From an uncultured delta proteobacterium (lineage in GTDB: Bacteria > Desulfobacterota > RBG-13-43-22): a stretch of 64,000 nt of DNA. This document shows positions 20,023 to 30,956 of the stretch, piece after piece (position 1 is the first letter of the stretch; each line of letters begins with the position of its first letter). A model generated the notes under the pieces. The model had not been told where the DNA came from and made no database searches. It saw only the letters and a program-made list of their open reading frames with translations. Position numbers and translations under genes: made by a program. The DNA lies in contig CAVUPH010000014.1 in NCBI GenBank assembly GCA_963743305.1, positions 384,001-448,000 on the forward strand, given 5' to 3'.

Positions 20023-21488
20023 TCCTCCTCCCGGGCGTTTAGAAATTTCCCGTAATCGACCATCATTCGCAGGACCCGCACCGCCCTTTCCGGCGTAGGG
20101 TAGGAGGCCAAGCCGTAGACTTCCATTGATTCCTTATGGAAATCCTGGGAACCCATGGTCACCGAAATGATGGGCTTTCCGGTTTCCTTGATTAAGGACC
20201 CGGTGAAATTCATGACTTTGTGGTGGCTTTCCTGATAATAGGCGGCGATCTGTTTCAAGAGTCCTTCCTGGGCCTTCAACTGTTCCTGGAAGCGGGGCTT
20301 GTCCGAAACCCGTCCGGGGATGCTGGCCCGTCCTCCCAGGGCGATGATCGCGTCGATCCCCTTCCAGCGGGCCAGTGTCTCCAGGCATTCCATGAAGGGT
20401 TCGGCGGTGATGACGGCGGCCATGTCCACCGGGTTGTTGCGGCTCCAGTACCGGGGGAGAATTTTATCCAGCTTGTGGATAATTTCTTCGGGAAGCGGGG
20501 GGACGATCAATCCGGCTTCCTCGCAGGCATCGGTAGTGATTACCCCCCAACCGCCGCCCCGGGTCAAAATCGCCACCCGGTTTCCACGGGGGATCGGGAA
20601 GAGGGTCAGGGCCTTGGTGCAATCCATGATTTCCTGGGTGGTTGAGGCCTCGATTAAGCCCGTTTGCCGAAAGACCCCCTGATAGATGCGGTAGGAGCCG
20701 GCCAGGGCACCGCTGTGGGAGGCGGCGGCCCGCGTGCCGGCTTGGGTCCGGCCCCCCTTGAAGACCACTACCGGTTTTTTTTGGGAAGCCTCCCTGGCCG
20801 CGGGCAGGAAGTCGGAGTCGGCATCAACCCCTTCCAGGTAGGCCAGGATAACCCGGGTCGCAGCATCCTCGGCGAAGTACTTCAGGTAGTCTACGCAGGT
20901 CAGGTCCCCTTCATTGCCGCTGCTGACAAACTTCTCAAAACCGATGCCGGCCTCCACCCCCCAGGCCAGTATCTGGGTGCCAATGTTCCCGCTTTGGGAA
21001 AACATGGAGACCGGCCCCGGAAGCGGCTCCACCGGCGGCATCAGGGCATGAAGGCTGGACTGGGCGCTGAAAAGACCCATGGTATTGGGGCCCACCAGGC
21101 GGATACCATACCCCCGAGCCTTGGCTACCACCATCTGCTCCAGGGCCGCGCCTTCGACCCCGGTTTCACTGAAATCCGAGGTGATGACTACCAGATTGGG
21201 GATCTTTTTGGCGCCACAGGCATCGATCAATCCCAGGACGGTTTCCGCCGGGGTGGCGATAACGGCCAGGTCTACGGGACCGGGGATATCCTCAATTTTG
21301 GCAAAACAGGGAACCCCTAAAACCTCCTTGGCCCGGGCATTGACCGGGTAAATCGTACCCTGGTAATTGCCTTTGAGGATATTTAAGAAAACGAAGAAGC
21401 CCCACTTGCCTGGGGTGCCGGAGGCGCCGATCAAAGCCATCTGATGCGGATTGAAGAGCAGGTCGAGATTCGGGAGTGTTTTTTCCAT
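20019..21488 (-). CDS. ADP-forming acyl-CoA ligase, alpha (CoA-binding) subunit
   Basis: ALIGAS, IYPVN, LVGPNTMG, SQSG, SSGNEGD, AAASHSGALAG (phospho-His), NNPVD. Confidence 0.88.
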   Translation of the reverse strand: MEKTLPNLDLLFNPHQMALIGASGTPGKWGFFVFLNILKGNYQGTIYPVNARAKEVLGVPCFAKIEDIPGPVDLAVIATPAETVLGLIDACGAKKIPNLVVITSDFSETGVEGAALEQMVVAKARGYGIRLVGPNTMGLFSAQSSLHALMPPVEPLPGPVSMFSQSGNIGTQILAWGVEAGIGFEKFVSSGNEGDLTCVDYLKYFAEDAATRVILAYLEGVDADSDFLPAAREASQKKPVVVFKGGRTQAGTRAAASHSGALAGSYRIYQGVFRQTGLIEASTTQEIMDCTKALTLFPIPRGNRVAILTRGGGWGVITTDACEEAGLIVPPLPEEIIHKLDKILPRYWSRNNPVDMAAVITAEPFMECLETLARWKGIDAIIALGGRASIPGRVSDKPRFQEQLKAQEGLLKQIAAYYQESHHKVMNFTGSLIKETGKPIISVTMGSQDFHKESMEVYGLASYPTPERAVRVLRMMVDYGKFLNAREED

Positions 21489-21659
21489 AATAATAAGGAT
21501 GCCAAAAGAAGGCAGTAAGTTGATTGATAAGTCAATCAATAATATACAGCAAAGAGAGGAATCCGGTCAACTAAAAACGGTTTGGTATAATTCTAGAAAC
21601 CGTTTATAATCAGTCCGGATTTGCAGGCTGAAAAATATTTTCTGAGGGAGGACGCAGCC

Positions 21660-22233
21660 ATGGATCAAGATTTTATAGTCGCGGAATTGGGCGAAAAACC
21701 GGAGATTAAAGGGGACCACCTGAGTTGAAGAGGTCACCGCCCAGGAGGTCAATATAACCCACAGCGACGTCCAGGATGTGCGGGCGGCCAACGTGACCCT
21801 GCGGCAGGCGGGCGCCCGCTCTGTAACCGCCGATCACCTGACCATCAAGCAGGGAGGAGCCGTAAAAGCCGAGGCCGAGAACCTGGAAATGACCCAGGGA
21901 TGCCTGGTCGCGGCCAAGACCAAAACGGCCAAGCTGAACACCTCCATGGCGACCCTGCTCGTTGCCCAGGGCGACGTAGAGATGGAGCAGTCCGGCGCCC
22001 AGTTGCTTTTGGCTAAAGGAGAGGTGAAAATGGACCAGAGTGGAGCGGTCATTCTGGTTTCCAGAAGTGTCAAGGCGGTACATTCCGGGGCCACCTTTTT
22101 GATAGCCCGTGAGGTGGAAGGAGACCTCAAGGTCTCCTTTGGTCCCAGGGAATCCTTTATTTTTGGCACTGTAGCCGGCCTGGTGGGCGGGCTGACGTAT
22201 TACCTCTTGCGTCGGCTGCAGCCAGGGAGATGA
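21660..22233 (+). CDS. Hypothetical protein with repetitive beta-strand region and C-terminal TM; frameshift near 21720
   Basis: RBS GGAGG before ATG 21660; repeats such as QGDVEMEQSGA / KGEVKMDQSGA; hydrophobic C-terminus. Confidence 0.55.
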
Positions 22234-22303
22234 AAACCCGCCACTTGGCCCGCGCCAGTTGTTTAAAATTGGCAAGGTTATCCTTCCCGGTGGGTGTTGA
22301 AAC

Positions 22304-24528
22304 TTGACCTGGCCCCGGATCCAAGACCTCAGCCTTAAATGGAAATTGGTCATTCCCTTTCTTTTCCTCGCGGTCATGGGGGCGGCCGCCCTGTTTGTTG
22401 TTTCCTATCGGTTCCAGGCCAGCCTGATCCAGGTTAATGAAGACACGCGGCTGAGAAATCTTTATCAGGTCTTCTTAAACGACATTGAATCGCGAAAAAA
22501 TGCAGCCCTGAGTCTGGCCTACCTGGTCGCCAAAAACCCGGAGGTGGCCGAGGCCCTGGCCCAAAGAGACCGAAACCGTTTGATCACCCTGCTGTATCCC
22601 GCTTATCAGATCCTGGAAAGGGATTTCGGGGTCAGGCAGTTTCACTTTCACCTTCCCCCGGCCACCTCGTTTTTGCGGCTTCACGCCCTGGGCCAGTACG
22701 GGGAAAAAATGGAAGCCTACCGGCCGACGATCAACCAGGCCCGGGAGACCGGAGTCGGGGTGGGCGGGATCGAACGGGGGGTCCTGGGCTTGAGCATCCG
22801 CAGTGTGGCACCTGTTTTTTATCAGGGCCGCCAAATCGGGACGGTGGAATTCGGGCTCTCCCTGGAGAAGCCGCTTTTGGATGAATTCAAGAAGAATTAT
22901 GGTTCGGACGTCGTTCTCTATATCCTGGAAAGACCCGATCAGGATGGACCCAAAGTCTTTGCCTCCACCCTGGATCAGACCTTCCTGCCGACGAAACTTT
23001 TCAGTCGATTGCTGGCTTCCGGAGAGGTGGTATTTCAACCGGAAATTCTGGGAAACCGTAAGGTGGCCTCAATCATCGGACCGGTCCGGGACTTTTCCTC
23101 CAAGATTATCGGGGATGGTGAAAATAAGCGTCGATCGAAGCCCGACCCTCTCCTTGCTCAACCGATATGCCTTTCTGGCCGCCGGGCTCGGTCTCCTGGG
23201 GTTGGCCGCCTCCATTTGCTTTGTCTGGTTTATTTCCGTTGTCTTTACTCGGCGGATTGGTGAGGTGGTCAAGGGTGCCGACGAAATCGCCTCCGGCCGC
23301 CGCGATACCCGTCTGGCCATAAAAAGCGGGGATGAACTGGGAGTCATGGCCCGGGCCATTAACCAGATGTTGGCATCTTTGGAGACTTCACAATCCCGGC
23401 TCCAAGAGTATGCCCAAAACCTGGAGTCGATGGTCGAACAGCGGACACGGAGCCTGAAAGAATCCGAGAAGACCTACCGGACCCTGGTGGAAAATGTACC
23501 CCTTATCGTCTATATGATCCAACCGGATGGGACCACGGCTTTTTTGAACCGTTCGGTTGAACAGATCCTCGGCGCGTCTCCTCAACAGATGAATGGTCGG
23601 TACGAAATATGGACCGGCTACATCCATCCGGAAGACCGCGATCGCATCGTTGCCCTAAGGGAAAACTGCCTGAGGGATAGAAAAGAACTTCACACGGAAT
23701 ACCGGATGGTTCATAAGGGAGGCGCCTTGGTCCATGTTTTTGAACACGCGGTTCCCGTTTACGATGAGGAAAAGAATTTTATTCGGATGGACGGTATCGT
23801 GGTTGACGTTACGGTGAACAAAGAACTGCAGGAGAAGATCCTTCAGGCCCAGGAACTGGAAACCCTGGGACAGATTTCGGCCCGTATGGCCCATGAAGTG
23901 CGCAACCCGCTCACTTCGATCGGCGGACTGACCAGGCGTTTGGTTAAATCCTTCGAACCCTCGGATCCCAGGGTGGAAAAAGGCCGACTGATCGTCGACC
24001 AGGTTCAAAAACTCGAAAAGATATTGCAAATGATGCTCGCCTATATTGAGCCTCCCTCGATCCGCTTGCAGCCCGGAGACCTTAACCTGGCAGTCACCCG
24101 GGCTATTGCCGGCCTTCGAACGGAAAACCTCGCAAGACGGTTTTTCCGTCAGAACCACCCTGGATCAGAGCCTGGGTCTGATAAAGCTGGACCAGGACCT
24201 GTTGGAAGAAACACTGACGCACTTGCTGGAACACGCCCGGCAGCAAATGGGGGGAAAAGGCGAACTGGAAGTGGCCACCCGCAAGAATGGAACCCAGGCA
24301 ACCGTAACGCTGGGTTACCCGGCGCCCAGACTGTCCGAGGAGGATCTGGAGCATTTTTTCTATCCCTTTGCCCTGGACGCCTCCCCGGAAAAAGGGGAGC
24401 AGGGAACCGAGCGGGGGGACGTTTCCCTGGTCAAAATCGTTATTCACCGGCACGGCGGCGTGATCAACGTCAGCAAAGAAAATGCTGAGCGGATAAAAAT
24501 CACCCTCTCCCTTCCTCGGGCTTTCTGA
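22304..24528 (+). CDS. Cache-HAMP-PAS-HisKA sensor kinase-like protein split by two frameshifts (~23115, ~24125), with a degenerate ATPase domain
   Basis: FHFHLPPATSFLRLH (dCache), DELGVMARAIN (HAMP), IHPEDR (PAS), MAHEVRNPL (H-box); spread over three ORFs. Confidence 0.8.
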
Positions 24529-24632
24529 AACGCCCGTACTTCCAAGGAGGCGTCAGATCCCCGGTTGCCTCGGGGGCCCGTATCGAGGCGCAAGCACCTA
24601 AAAAAATTTCAGAGAGGGAAAGGAGAGAGGTT

Positions 24633-25538
24633 ATGGCTGATGTTAGAAGCCGGGTGGTGTTGGCGAAGACCGGTGATCGCCAGAAAGGGGTGAAGGCCTC
24701 CATTCGGGCCTTGGGGCTCAACCCGGTCAAGGGGAAGGTCGTCCTGATCAAACCCAATTTCAACACCGCCGATGCCCCTCCGGGGTCCACCCATAACGAC
24801 ACCTTGGTCGCCTTGGTGGAAGAATTGTGGGCCATGGGGGCCAAGTCGATCAGCCTCGGGGAGCGGAGCTACCCGCCCACTAAAGAAGTCATGGAGGAGA
24901 AGGGAATCCCGCAACTCTTGGACCGGTTGCAGGTGAAGATCATCGATTTCGACGAACTGTCCCAGAAGGATTGGGTGGAGGTGATTCCCAGGGAAAGCCA
25001 CTGGAAGAAAGGGTTCCGTGTCGCCCGGCCGGTGCTTGAAGCCGAATGCCTGGTTTCCACCGGGTGCCTGAAGACCCACCAGTACGGCGGCGTCTTCACC
25101 CTCTCCCTGAAGCTGCACGTGGGGGTGGTGCCCACCTCCCGCCAGGGATTCGATTACATGAAGGAACTCCATACTTCTCCTTTTCAGCGGAAGCTGATCG
25201 CCGAGATCAACCAAGCCTTCAAACCGGCCCTGGTGGTCATGGACGGAGTGGAAGCCTTCGTGGACGGCGGTCCAATGACTGGAAAATTGGCCAAGGGAGA
25301 GGTTTTTCTGGCTTCCGCCGACCGGGTAGCCATCGACGCTGTGGGGGTGGCCGTGTTAAAGTTCCTGGGGAGTAATCCGTCGATAATGAAGACCAGAATT
25401 TTCGATCAGGAGCAGATCGCCCGGGCCGTGGAACTCGGGCTGGGAGCCTCATCTTCGGAGGCCATCGAACTGATCGCCGCCGATGAAAAGAGCCGCCTGG
25501 TTCGGGACCAGATCTGGGAGGTTCTCCAGCAAGGCTGA
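24633..25538 (+). CDS. DUF362 domain protein
   Basis: VLIKPNF, LKTH, FTLSLKLHVG, VMDG, DRVAIDA. Confidence 0.85.
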   Translation: MADVRSRVVLAKTGDRQKGVKASIRALGLNPVKGKVVLIKPNFNTADAPPGSTHNDTLVALVEELWAMGAKSISLGERSYPPTKEVMEEKGIPQLLDRLQVKIIDFDELSQKDWVEVIPRESHWKKGFRVARPVLEAECLVSTGCLKTHQYGGVFTLSLKLHVGVVPTSRQGFDYMKELHTSPFQRKLIAEINQAFKPALVVMDGVEAFVDGGPMTGKLAKGEVFLASADRVAIDAVGVAVLKFLGSNPSIMKTRIFDQEQIARAVELGLGASSSEAIELIAADEKSRLVRDQIWEVLQQG

Positions 25539-25636
25539 TGGGGTAATCCGGCAGTACTTCCGGATAATGGAGATCGCCATTGCTGGGCTGAAAATAGGGT
25601 TAGCGTTATTAGGCCCGGCGGGGGTGTCTTTCCCGG

Positions 25637-26033
25637 TTAGGTACGGTTTTCGTCAAAGGGCGGGGCACCCTCCAGGTCTTCATAGGCTTCGGGGATAAAG
25701 CGAGGGGTACAGACGCAGAGAAAAACCAAATCCTGCTCACCGGTATTGGTGATCCGTTGGCGGCAGTCCGGCGGGATCAGCACCACGTCGCCGGGGTTCA
25801 CTTCCCGCGGGGGCAGGCGGCCGACCTCCACGCGCCCCTTTCCTTCCAGGATGAGATAGCGCTCAACGGTCGTCCGGACCCGATGCCAGCGGGTGGCCTT
25901 GCCCGGGGCGACCCGGGCCCGGGCGATGGACGCCGCCGGATCGTCGGGGGTGTTGGACAAGTTCCAGGATGTAGCAGCCTTCGGGGGTAAAGAATTCTCG
26001 AAGGGGATCGAAGGGGAAAACCGTTTCTTTCAT
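25637..26033 (-). CDS. Cupin domain protein; frameshift near 25960
   Basis: MKETVFPFDPLREFFTPEGCYILE / SNTPDDPAASIARARV...WH...ERYLILEGKG...RQRITN...FLCVCTPRF. Confidence 0.8.
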
Positions 26034-26055
26034 TTTTTTTAGGAGTGGTATCGTT

Positions 26056-26758
26056 TTAAGCCCTCTGGGTAAGGGCCAGGAGCCAGCGGTGCAGGGGGAG
26101 CATATTTTTATAATGATCGAAACAGAAATCCACCAGGCCGGCGGAAAAAACCTTCGGAGTAATTGCGAAGTCCACGGCCGCGTGGAGGCCGTTGTAGAGG
26201 AGGAACTCCGCCCGGGGATGTTTAGTGTCGTAGCCGGACGGTATTTTTTTATAGTGTTTTCCGCCTATCTGATAGTTTCCCGTTACTTTGACCTTGGCTA
26301 ATGCCTGGTCCAGGGCTTTTCCCTCCCGAGGATGGACCACGGATTGCCGATAAGGTTCCACCATATCCCTGGGAAAACAGTAGAGCCCCGTTCCCAATAA
26401 AATTTTGGCGGGTTCCAGGTGAAAGTAAAAACCGGAACACTCCATCCGCGGGCGGGACCCTTCCCAGAACCAGAGGGCCAGATGAGTCTTGTAGGGGGTT
26501 TTATCATGGCGGAAACGGGTATCCCGGTTGATGCGGAAAAGGGTTTTGTTTACTCGCGGATCGGCCTGGATACCGGGAGCGATGGCTCTTTAACCGTTTC
26601 CCCAGGGCGACAATAAACTCTCGTGCCGGACCCAGGACATAATTCTCATAGTCAACCCGATGGTCATCAAACCATATCTTATCGTTGTTTTCAGCCAGTT
26701 CCTTAAAAAAGGTCAGGCCCTTTTGTGGGAAACCAGTGAAGGCCGGGGGAGGATTCAT
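26056..26758 (-). CDS. DUF2461 (TIGR02453-like) protein, frameshifted
   Basis: FTGF...FFKELAENNDKIWFDDHR in one frame; GFYFHLEP, KKIPSGY, HPRAEFL in another. Confidence 0.75.
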
Positions 26759-26899
26759 GACTTATCCTTTCCAGAGGAGAAGGTGCAATGTGCATGATTC
26801 TATTGGAAACAGTATAGTGGAATGGAGGGACCTTAAGCAAGCCGAAATCATCAGGCCGGTATTTCTCGGGACTAAGAAATTAAACAGCCAAGCCTAACG

Positions 26900-27220
26900 G
26901 GAAGGGAGGCCACAATCTTCTTGACCGGATTCGGTTGGCTTCTTATACTCTGTTCGCCGATCCGCCTCCTGTTATAATGAATATCAGGCGCGGTCCCGAT
27001 TGCTTGCCGACCTTCACGCGCCCCTTTCACCCCAAGAGGATATAACGCTTGACGCTGTCCCAAATCCGATTCCCCAGGGTAGTAGCACCCAGGGGGACCC
27101 GGGCCCGGACGATGGGGACCGCCGGATGTTCGGTGGAGTTTGACAGTCTCAGGATGTAGCAGCCCTCAGGGGTAAATAATTCTCGGCGGGGATTGAGGGT
27201 TGAAATGGATTCTATCGTGG
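26900..27220 (-). pseudogene. Decayed paralog of the cupin gene at 25637-26033
   Basis: Minus strand reads ...RELFTPEGCYILRLSNSTEHPAVPIVRARV...VKRYILL then a stop; DNA at 27098-27200 resembles 25911-26010. Boundaries approximate. Confidence 0.65.
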
Positions 27221-27459
27221 TTTTGGGTGGTGTGTATATTCGCAGACCCGGTGACCACGGCTGCCCTGCGGATCATTAGGCCATTAAATCACAGCCGAGG
27301 GCGGCCGTGCTACTGGGGGGATGAACCGTGCCCCGGGCCGGTCGGCCTGGGAAAGACTTCCGCGGTATACTAACGCTCTCTGGGAAGACCATTTGTTGGG
27401 TAGAGGAGGCTTTCGCCTCCCCTTTCAAAAGAGCCAAGTGAAAGTTTCAAATTCCTGTC

Positions 27460-28782
27460 TTATCCCAAGAAGCCATAGCCTTGTTCTCCATGGAGGCTTT
27501 GATCCATCCCGATCATCTCGTCCTGTTCATCCAGACGGAAGCCCATCAGTTTGTTGACCAGCCAGACTAAAAACAAGGTCAGCAGCCCGGCATAGAGGAT
27601 GGCTATGGCCGTACCGGCAGCCTGAACGCCCAATTGATTGAACGCGGTCCAGCTTCCGCCAACCTTCCTTGCGGCTTCGGCCATCCAGCTCGGCCGGATG
27701 AAGAAGGACAGGAGCAGCACGCCAAGGCCGCTGCCGACGCCGTGAACCCCGAAAACGTCGAGTGTGTCATCGTAGCCAAGTTTATATTTCATCAGGATGG
27801 CCCCATAACAGACCAAGGAGGAAGCCGCCCCGAGAATGATGGCCCCGTAGGGCTGGACCACCCCGGCCGCCGGGGTGATGACCACCAGGCCGGCTAGAAT
27901 GCCGGTAACGAAACCCAAGGAAGTGGCTTTTTTAAGGTGCAGGGCCTCGATCAGCATCCAGGTTAAGGCCCCGGAGGCCGCAGAGATCTGGGTCATGGTT
28001 AAGGCCCGGGCCGTATCCAGGCCGCTGGATATAGTACTTCCGGCATTGAATCCAAACCAGCCGACCCATAAGAGCCCCGCGCCGATCATGGTGATGACCA
28101 GGTTGTTCGGTGTGGCGGAGAGGCGTGGGTACCCTTTCCGGGCACCCAAAAATAACACGGCCACCAAGGCGCTTACTCCGGCGGATACATGGATCACGGT
28201 GCCGCCGGCCAGGTCGATAATCCCCCGGGCACCCATGGTAAAAAGGAAGCCATCCTCGGCCCAGACCCAATGGCACAAGGGGCAGTATACCAGAAGGAAC
28301 CAAAGGGTAATAAAAACACAGTAACTGCGAAAACGGACCCGTTCGGCAAAAGCCCCGGCGATCAGGGCCGGAGTGATAATGGCAAACTTGCCTTGAAACA
28401 TGGCCACTACATATTCGGGAACCCCGGCGGGATGAATGGCCTCGTCAATCCCTTTCAGAAAAAAGTAGTCAGGATTCCAACCGATCCAGCCCCCCAATAT
28501 ATTTTTTCCGAAGGACAGGGCGTATCCGCAGACCGCCCAGAGTACCCCGATTATGGCCATGGAAACAAAACTATGCATCATGGTCCCCAATACATTCTTG
28601 GTCCGGACCAGGCCGCCGTAAAACATAGCCAGTCCGGGAACCATCAAAAGGACCAGCCCGGTCGAAATCAGCATCCAAGCGGTAGAACCGGTGTCAATCG
28701 GGATTTTGTCGGCGGAAAAAGCGATTTCCGGCAAACCCCATAAGGGCCAAAATAACAGGCAGAGCCAACTTTTTCTAATCAT
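27460..28782 (-). CDS. amtB: Ammonium transporter
   Basis: PGLAMFYGG, FQGKFAIIT, DLAGGTVIH, LLWVGWFGFNAGS, DDTLDVFGVHG. Confidence 0.95.
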   Translation of the reverse strand: MIRKSWLCLLFWPLWGLPEIAFSADKIPIDTGSTAWMLISTGLVLLMVPGLAMFYGGLVRTKNVLGTMMHSFVSMAIIGVLWAVCGYALSFGKNILGGWIGWNPDYFFLKGIDEAIHPAGVPEYVVAMFQGKFAIITPALIAGAFAERVRFRSYCVFITLWFLLVYCPLCHWVWAEDGFLFTMGARGIIDLAGGTVIHVSAGVSALVAVLFLGARKGYPRLSATPNNLVITMIGAGLLWVGWFGFNAGSTISSGLDTARALTMTQISAASGALTWMLIEALHLKKATSLGFVTGILAGLVVITPAAGVVQPYGAIILGAASSLVCYGAILMKYKLGYDDTLDVFGVHGVGSGLGVLLLSFFIRPSWMAEAARKVGGSWTAFNQLGVQAAGTAIAILYAGLLTLFLVWLVNKLMGFRLDEQDEMIGMDQSLHGEQGYGFLG

Positions 28783-28874
28783 TAGGATCTCCTTAATACT
28801 AGCCAAAAAGATTTGAAATATTTTTGGCTGTAATAAAAACCACTTAACAGATATAAAGATAACGTCTTCTAGTT

Positions 28875-28932
28875 TAGATTCTTCCATCCATTGTTAGAGA
28901 CAAATTCTCAGAACAATGGATGGAAGAATCTA
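28875..28932. repeat. 58-bp palindromic repeat (TAG...CTA), copy 1
   Basis: tagattcttccatccattgtt / aacaatggatggaagaatcta form perfect 21-bp arms. Confidence 0.8.
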
Positions 28933-28948
28933 TTTCCACCGGTTCCAA

Positions 28949-28964
28949 TGCAAAGGAAGTGCCC
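28949..28964 (-). promoter_or_regulatory. Sigma-54 (-24/-12) promoter of amtB
   Basis: Minus strand GGGCACTTCCTTTGCA = GG-N10-GC. Confidence 0.7.
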
Positions 28965-29026
28965 GCCGGGCGTTAATATAAAAATACAATAATACTAATA
29001 TGTTGTATATTTATCGCCCCAAAATA

Positions 29027-29074
29027 AATTACATTATTGTAATTATATGATAAAAAAAAATTACATTAATGTAT
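29027..29074. promoter_or_regulatory. Paired palindromic operator/enhancer sites upstream of amtB
   Basis: aattacattattgtaatt (29027) and aattacattaatgtat (29059), 32 bp apart. Confidence 0.55.
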
Positions 29075-29112
29075 CATAATAGGTGGCGGTAAGCTCGAAA
29101 AAATGGGTGACG

Positions 29113-29128
29113 TGTTCCACGTGGAACT
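29113..29128. other. parS: parS centromere-like site
   Basis: TGTTCCACGTGGAACT versus consensus TGTTTCACGTGAAACA, immediately upstream of parA. Confidence 0.88.
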
Positions 29129-29185
29129 TTTTAATCGTTGAAAAAAAAATAGTTCTGGCCTAATGATAACAATTAGAAACAGGGG

Positions 29186-29965
29186 GTGATTATGGGTAAA
29201 GTCATTGCGGTGGTCAATCAAAAGGGGGGGGTGGGTAAGACCGCCACGGTGATCAACTTAGCGGCAGCCCTCGCCCTGGGTGAAAATAGGACACTGATCG
29301 TGGACTGCGATCCGCAGGGAAACGCCAGCAGTGGATTGGGAGTACCGGAAGTGGAGGGCCGACTAACCCTATATCATTTATTGACCGGATCCATTCCGGC
29401 CGGGGAATTGATTCTCCCTACAGCTTTCCCGTTACTTCAGTTGCTTCCCGCCGATATCAATCTCGTAGGGGCTGAAATCGAATTGGTCCAATCTCCTGAG
29501 CGCGAAGGGGTCCTGAGGGAAAAGATTGCCCCTTTGGTCTCCCGATATGATTTTATTTTACTGGATGCCCCGCCCTCATTAGGGTTGTTGACCTTAAACG
29601 CTCTGACGGCGGCCCAGACCTTGATTGTCCCCACCCAATGTGAATATTATGCCATGGAAGGGCTGAGCAAGCTGCTTAAAACCGTTGCCCTGGTCCAGCA
29701 AAAGCTCAATCCTTCCCTGAGAATCGAGGGAATCCTCTTAACCATGTTCGATTCCAGAAACAACCTATCCAGTCAGGTGGAAGAAGAGGTCCGGGCGCAT
29801 TTTGAAGCTCTGGTTTTCAAAACCGTGATTCACAGAAACGTGCGCATCAGCGAAAGCCCCAGTCACGGGATGCCGGTAATCCACTATGATCTTCATTCAC
29901 GGGGGGCCCAAAGCTATTTGGAGTTGGGAAAAGAATTATTGGAAAGGGGGCAGGTGGATGGTTGA
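29186..29965 (+). CDS. parA: Chromosome partitioning ATPase ParA/Soj
   Basis: NQKGGVGKT, DCDPQGN, DAPPSLGLL, ESPSHG. Confidence 0.95.
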   Translation: MIMGKVIAVVNQKGGVGKTATVINLAAALALGENRTLIVDCDPQGNASSGLGVPEVEGRLTLYHLLTGSIPAGELILPTAFPLLQLLPADINLVGAEIELVQSPEREGVLREKIAPLVSRYDFILLDAPPSLGLLTLNALTAAQTLIVPTQCEYYAMEGLSKLLKTVALVQQKLNPSLRIEGILLTMFDSRNNLSSQVEEEVRAHFEALVFKTVIHRNVRISESPSHGMPVIHYDLHSRGAQSYLELGKELLERGQVDG

Positions 29966-30818
29966 AGCGAAATATCAAAAAAAAGGTTTAGGGAAGGGAT
30001 TGGGGGCTTTGATTCCCCAGGCGCAACCGGCCCCGGACGTCCGAAAACGAACTTATTTGCTGGTGGGGATTGAGGAAATCCGGCCAAACCCCTGGCAGCC
30101 CAGGAAAAAGGTGGGAAGTGCGGCGATAGATCAATTGGCCGAGTCCATCCGGGAGCATGGTATCATTCAACCCCTGGTAGTCAGGTCAGCGGAAAATGGC
30201 TACGAATTGATCGCCGGGGAACGACGCTGGCGGGCGGCTCAAAAGGCAGGCCTTCATGAAGTGCCGGTGGTCATCAAGGAAACCGACACGCATCAACAAC
30301 TGGAATTGGCGCTGATAGAAAATATTCAGCGGCAGAATTTGAATCCCCTGGAGGAGGCGGAGGCTTATCAACAATTGCTGGAAAAATTCGGGTTGTCTCA
30401 GGAGGAAATCGGGCAAAGGGTAGGAAAGGATCGCTCGACCATTGCCAATTTGTTAAGGATTTTGAAACTTCCTTTTCAAATTCGGGAAAAAATCCTGGAG
30501 GGACAGTTATCGCTGGGACAGGCCAAGTGTCTGTTAAGTCTGGATTCGTCCCAAGAGCAGTTGGAGTTGGCTGATCTCATCATCAAACGCGGGCTTTCCG
30601 TCCGTGAACTGGAAAAACGGATCAAAAAGGGAGGGGGCGGAGTAGAACGGAAGAGCTCTCCTGTGGCGGAACGCGAGGAGGATTGGGTCAAGCCTCTAAT
30701 ACGTCAATACCAAACAAAAGTTCAAGTCAAGAGAGGAAAAAAAGGGGGCCGCATCGAAATTCATTTCCTCTCGGAAGAAGAATTGATTCGCCTGGTCGAC
30801 CTTCTGATGCACCGTTAG
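29958..30818 (+). CDS. parB: Chromosome partitioning protein ParB/Spo0J
   Basis: GLGKGLGAL, NPWQPR, IAGERRWRAA, LIENIQR, RSTIANLLR. Confidence 0.95.
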   Translation: MVEAKYQKKGLGKGLGALIPQAQPAPDVRKRTYLLVGIEEIRPNPWQPRKKVGSAAIDQLAESIREHGIIQPLVVRSAENGYELIAGERRWRAAQKAGLHEVPVVIKETDTHQQLELALIENIQRQNLNPLEEAEAYQQLLEKFGLSQEEIGQRVGKDRSTIANLLRILKLPFQIREKILEGQLSLGQAKCLLSLDSSQEQLELADLIIKRGLSVRELEKRIKKGGGGVERKSSPVAEREEDWVKPLIRQYQTKVQVKRGKKGGRIEIHFLSEEELIRLVDLLMHR

Positions 30819-30956
30819 ATTCTTCCATCCATCTTTTGAAATGGCAGGATTCTTCTTCCCGCGCTCTCGCGGGACGAAGAATGACGAAAGCTCTCTGACG
30901 GACTTTTTGCAAATATCTCATAATTGCAGCCATAAATATTCTTAGCTCGGGGCGGT

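Noticed and set aside
21721-21723. TGA in frame with ORF 21778 as possible Sec
   Set aside because: The RBS-linked ATG at 21660 is in another frame and there is no redox motif; an indel explains it better.
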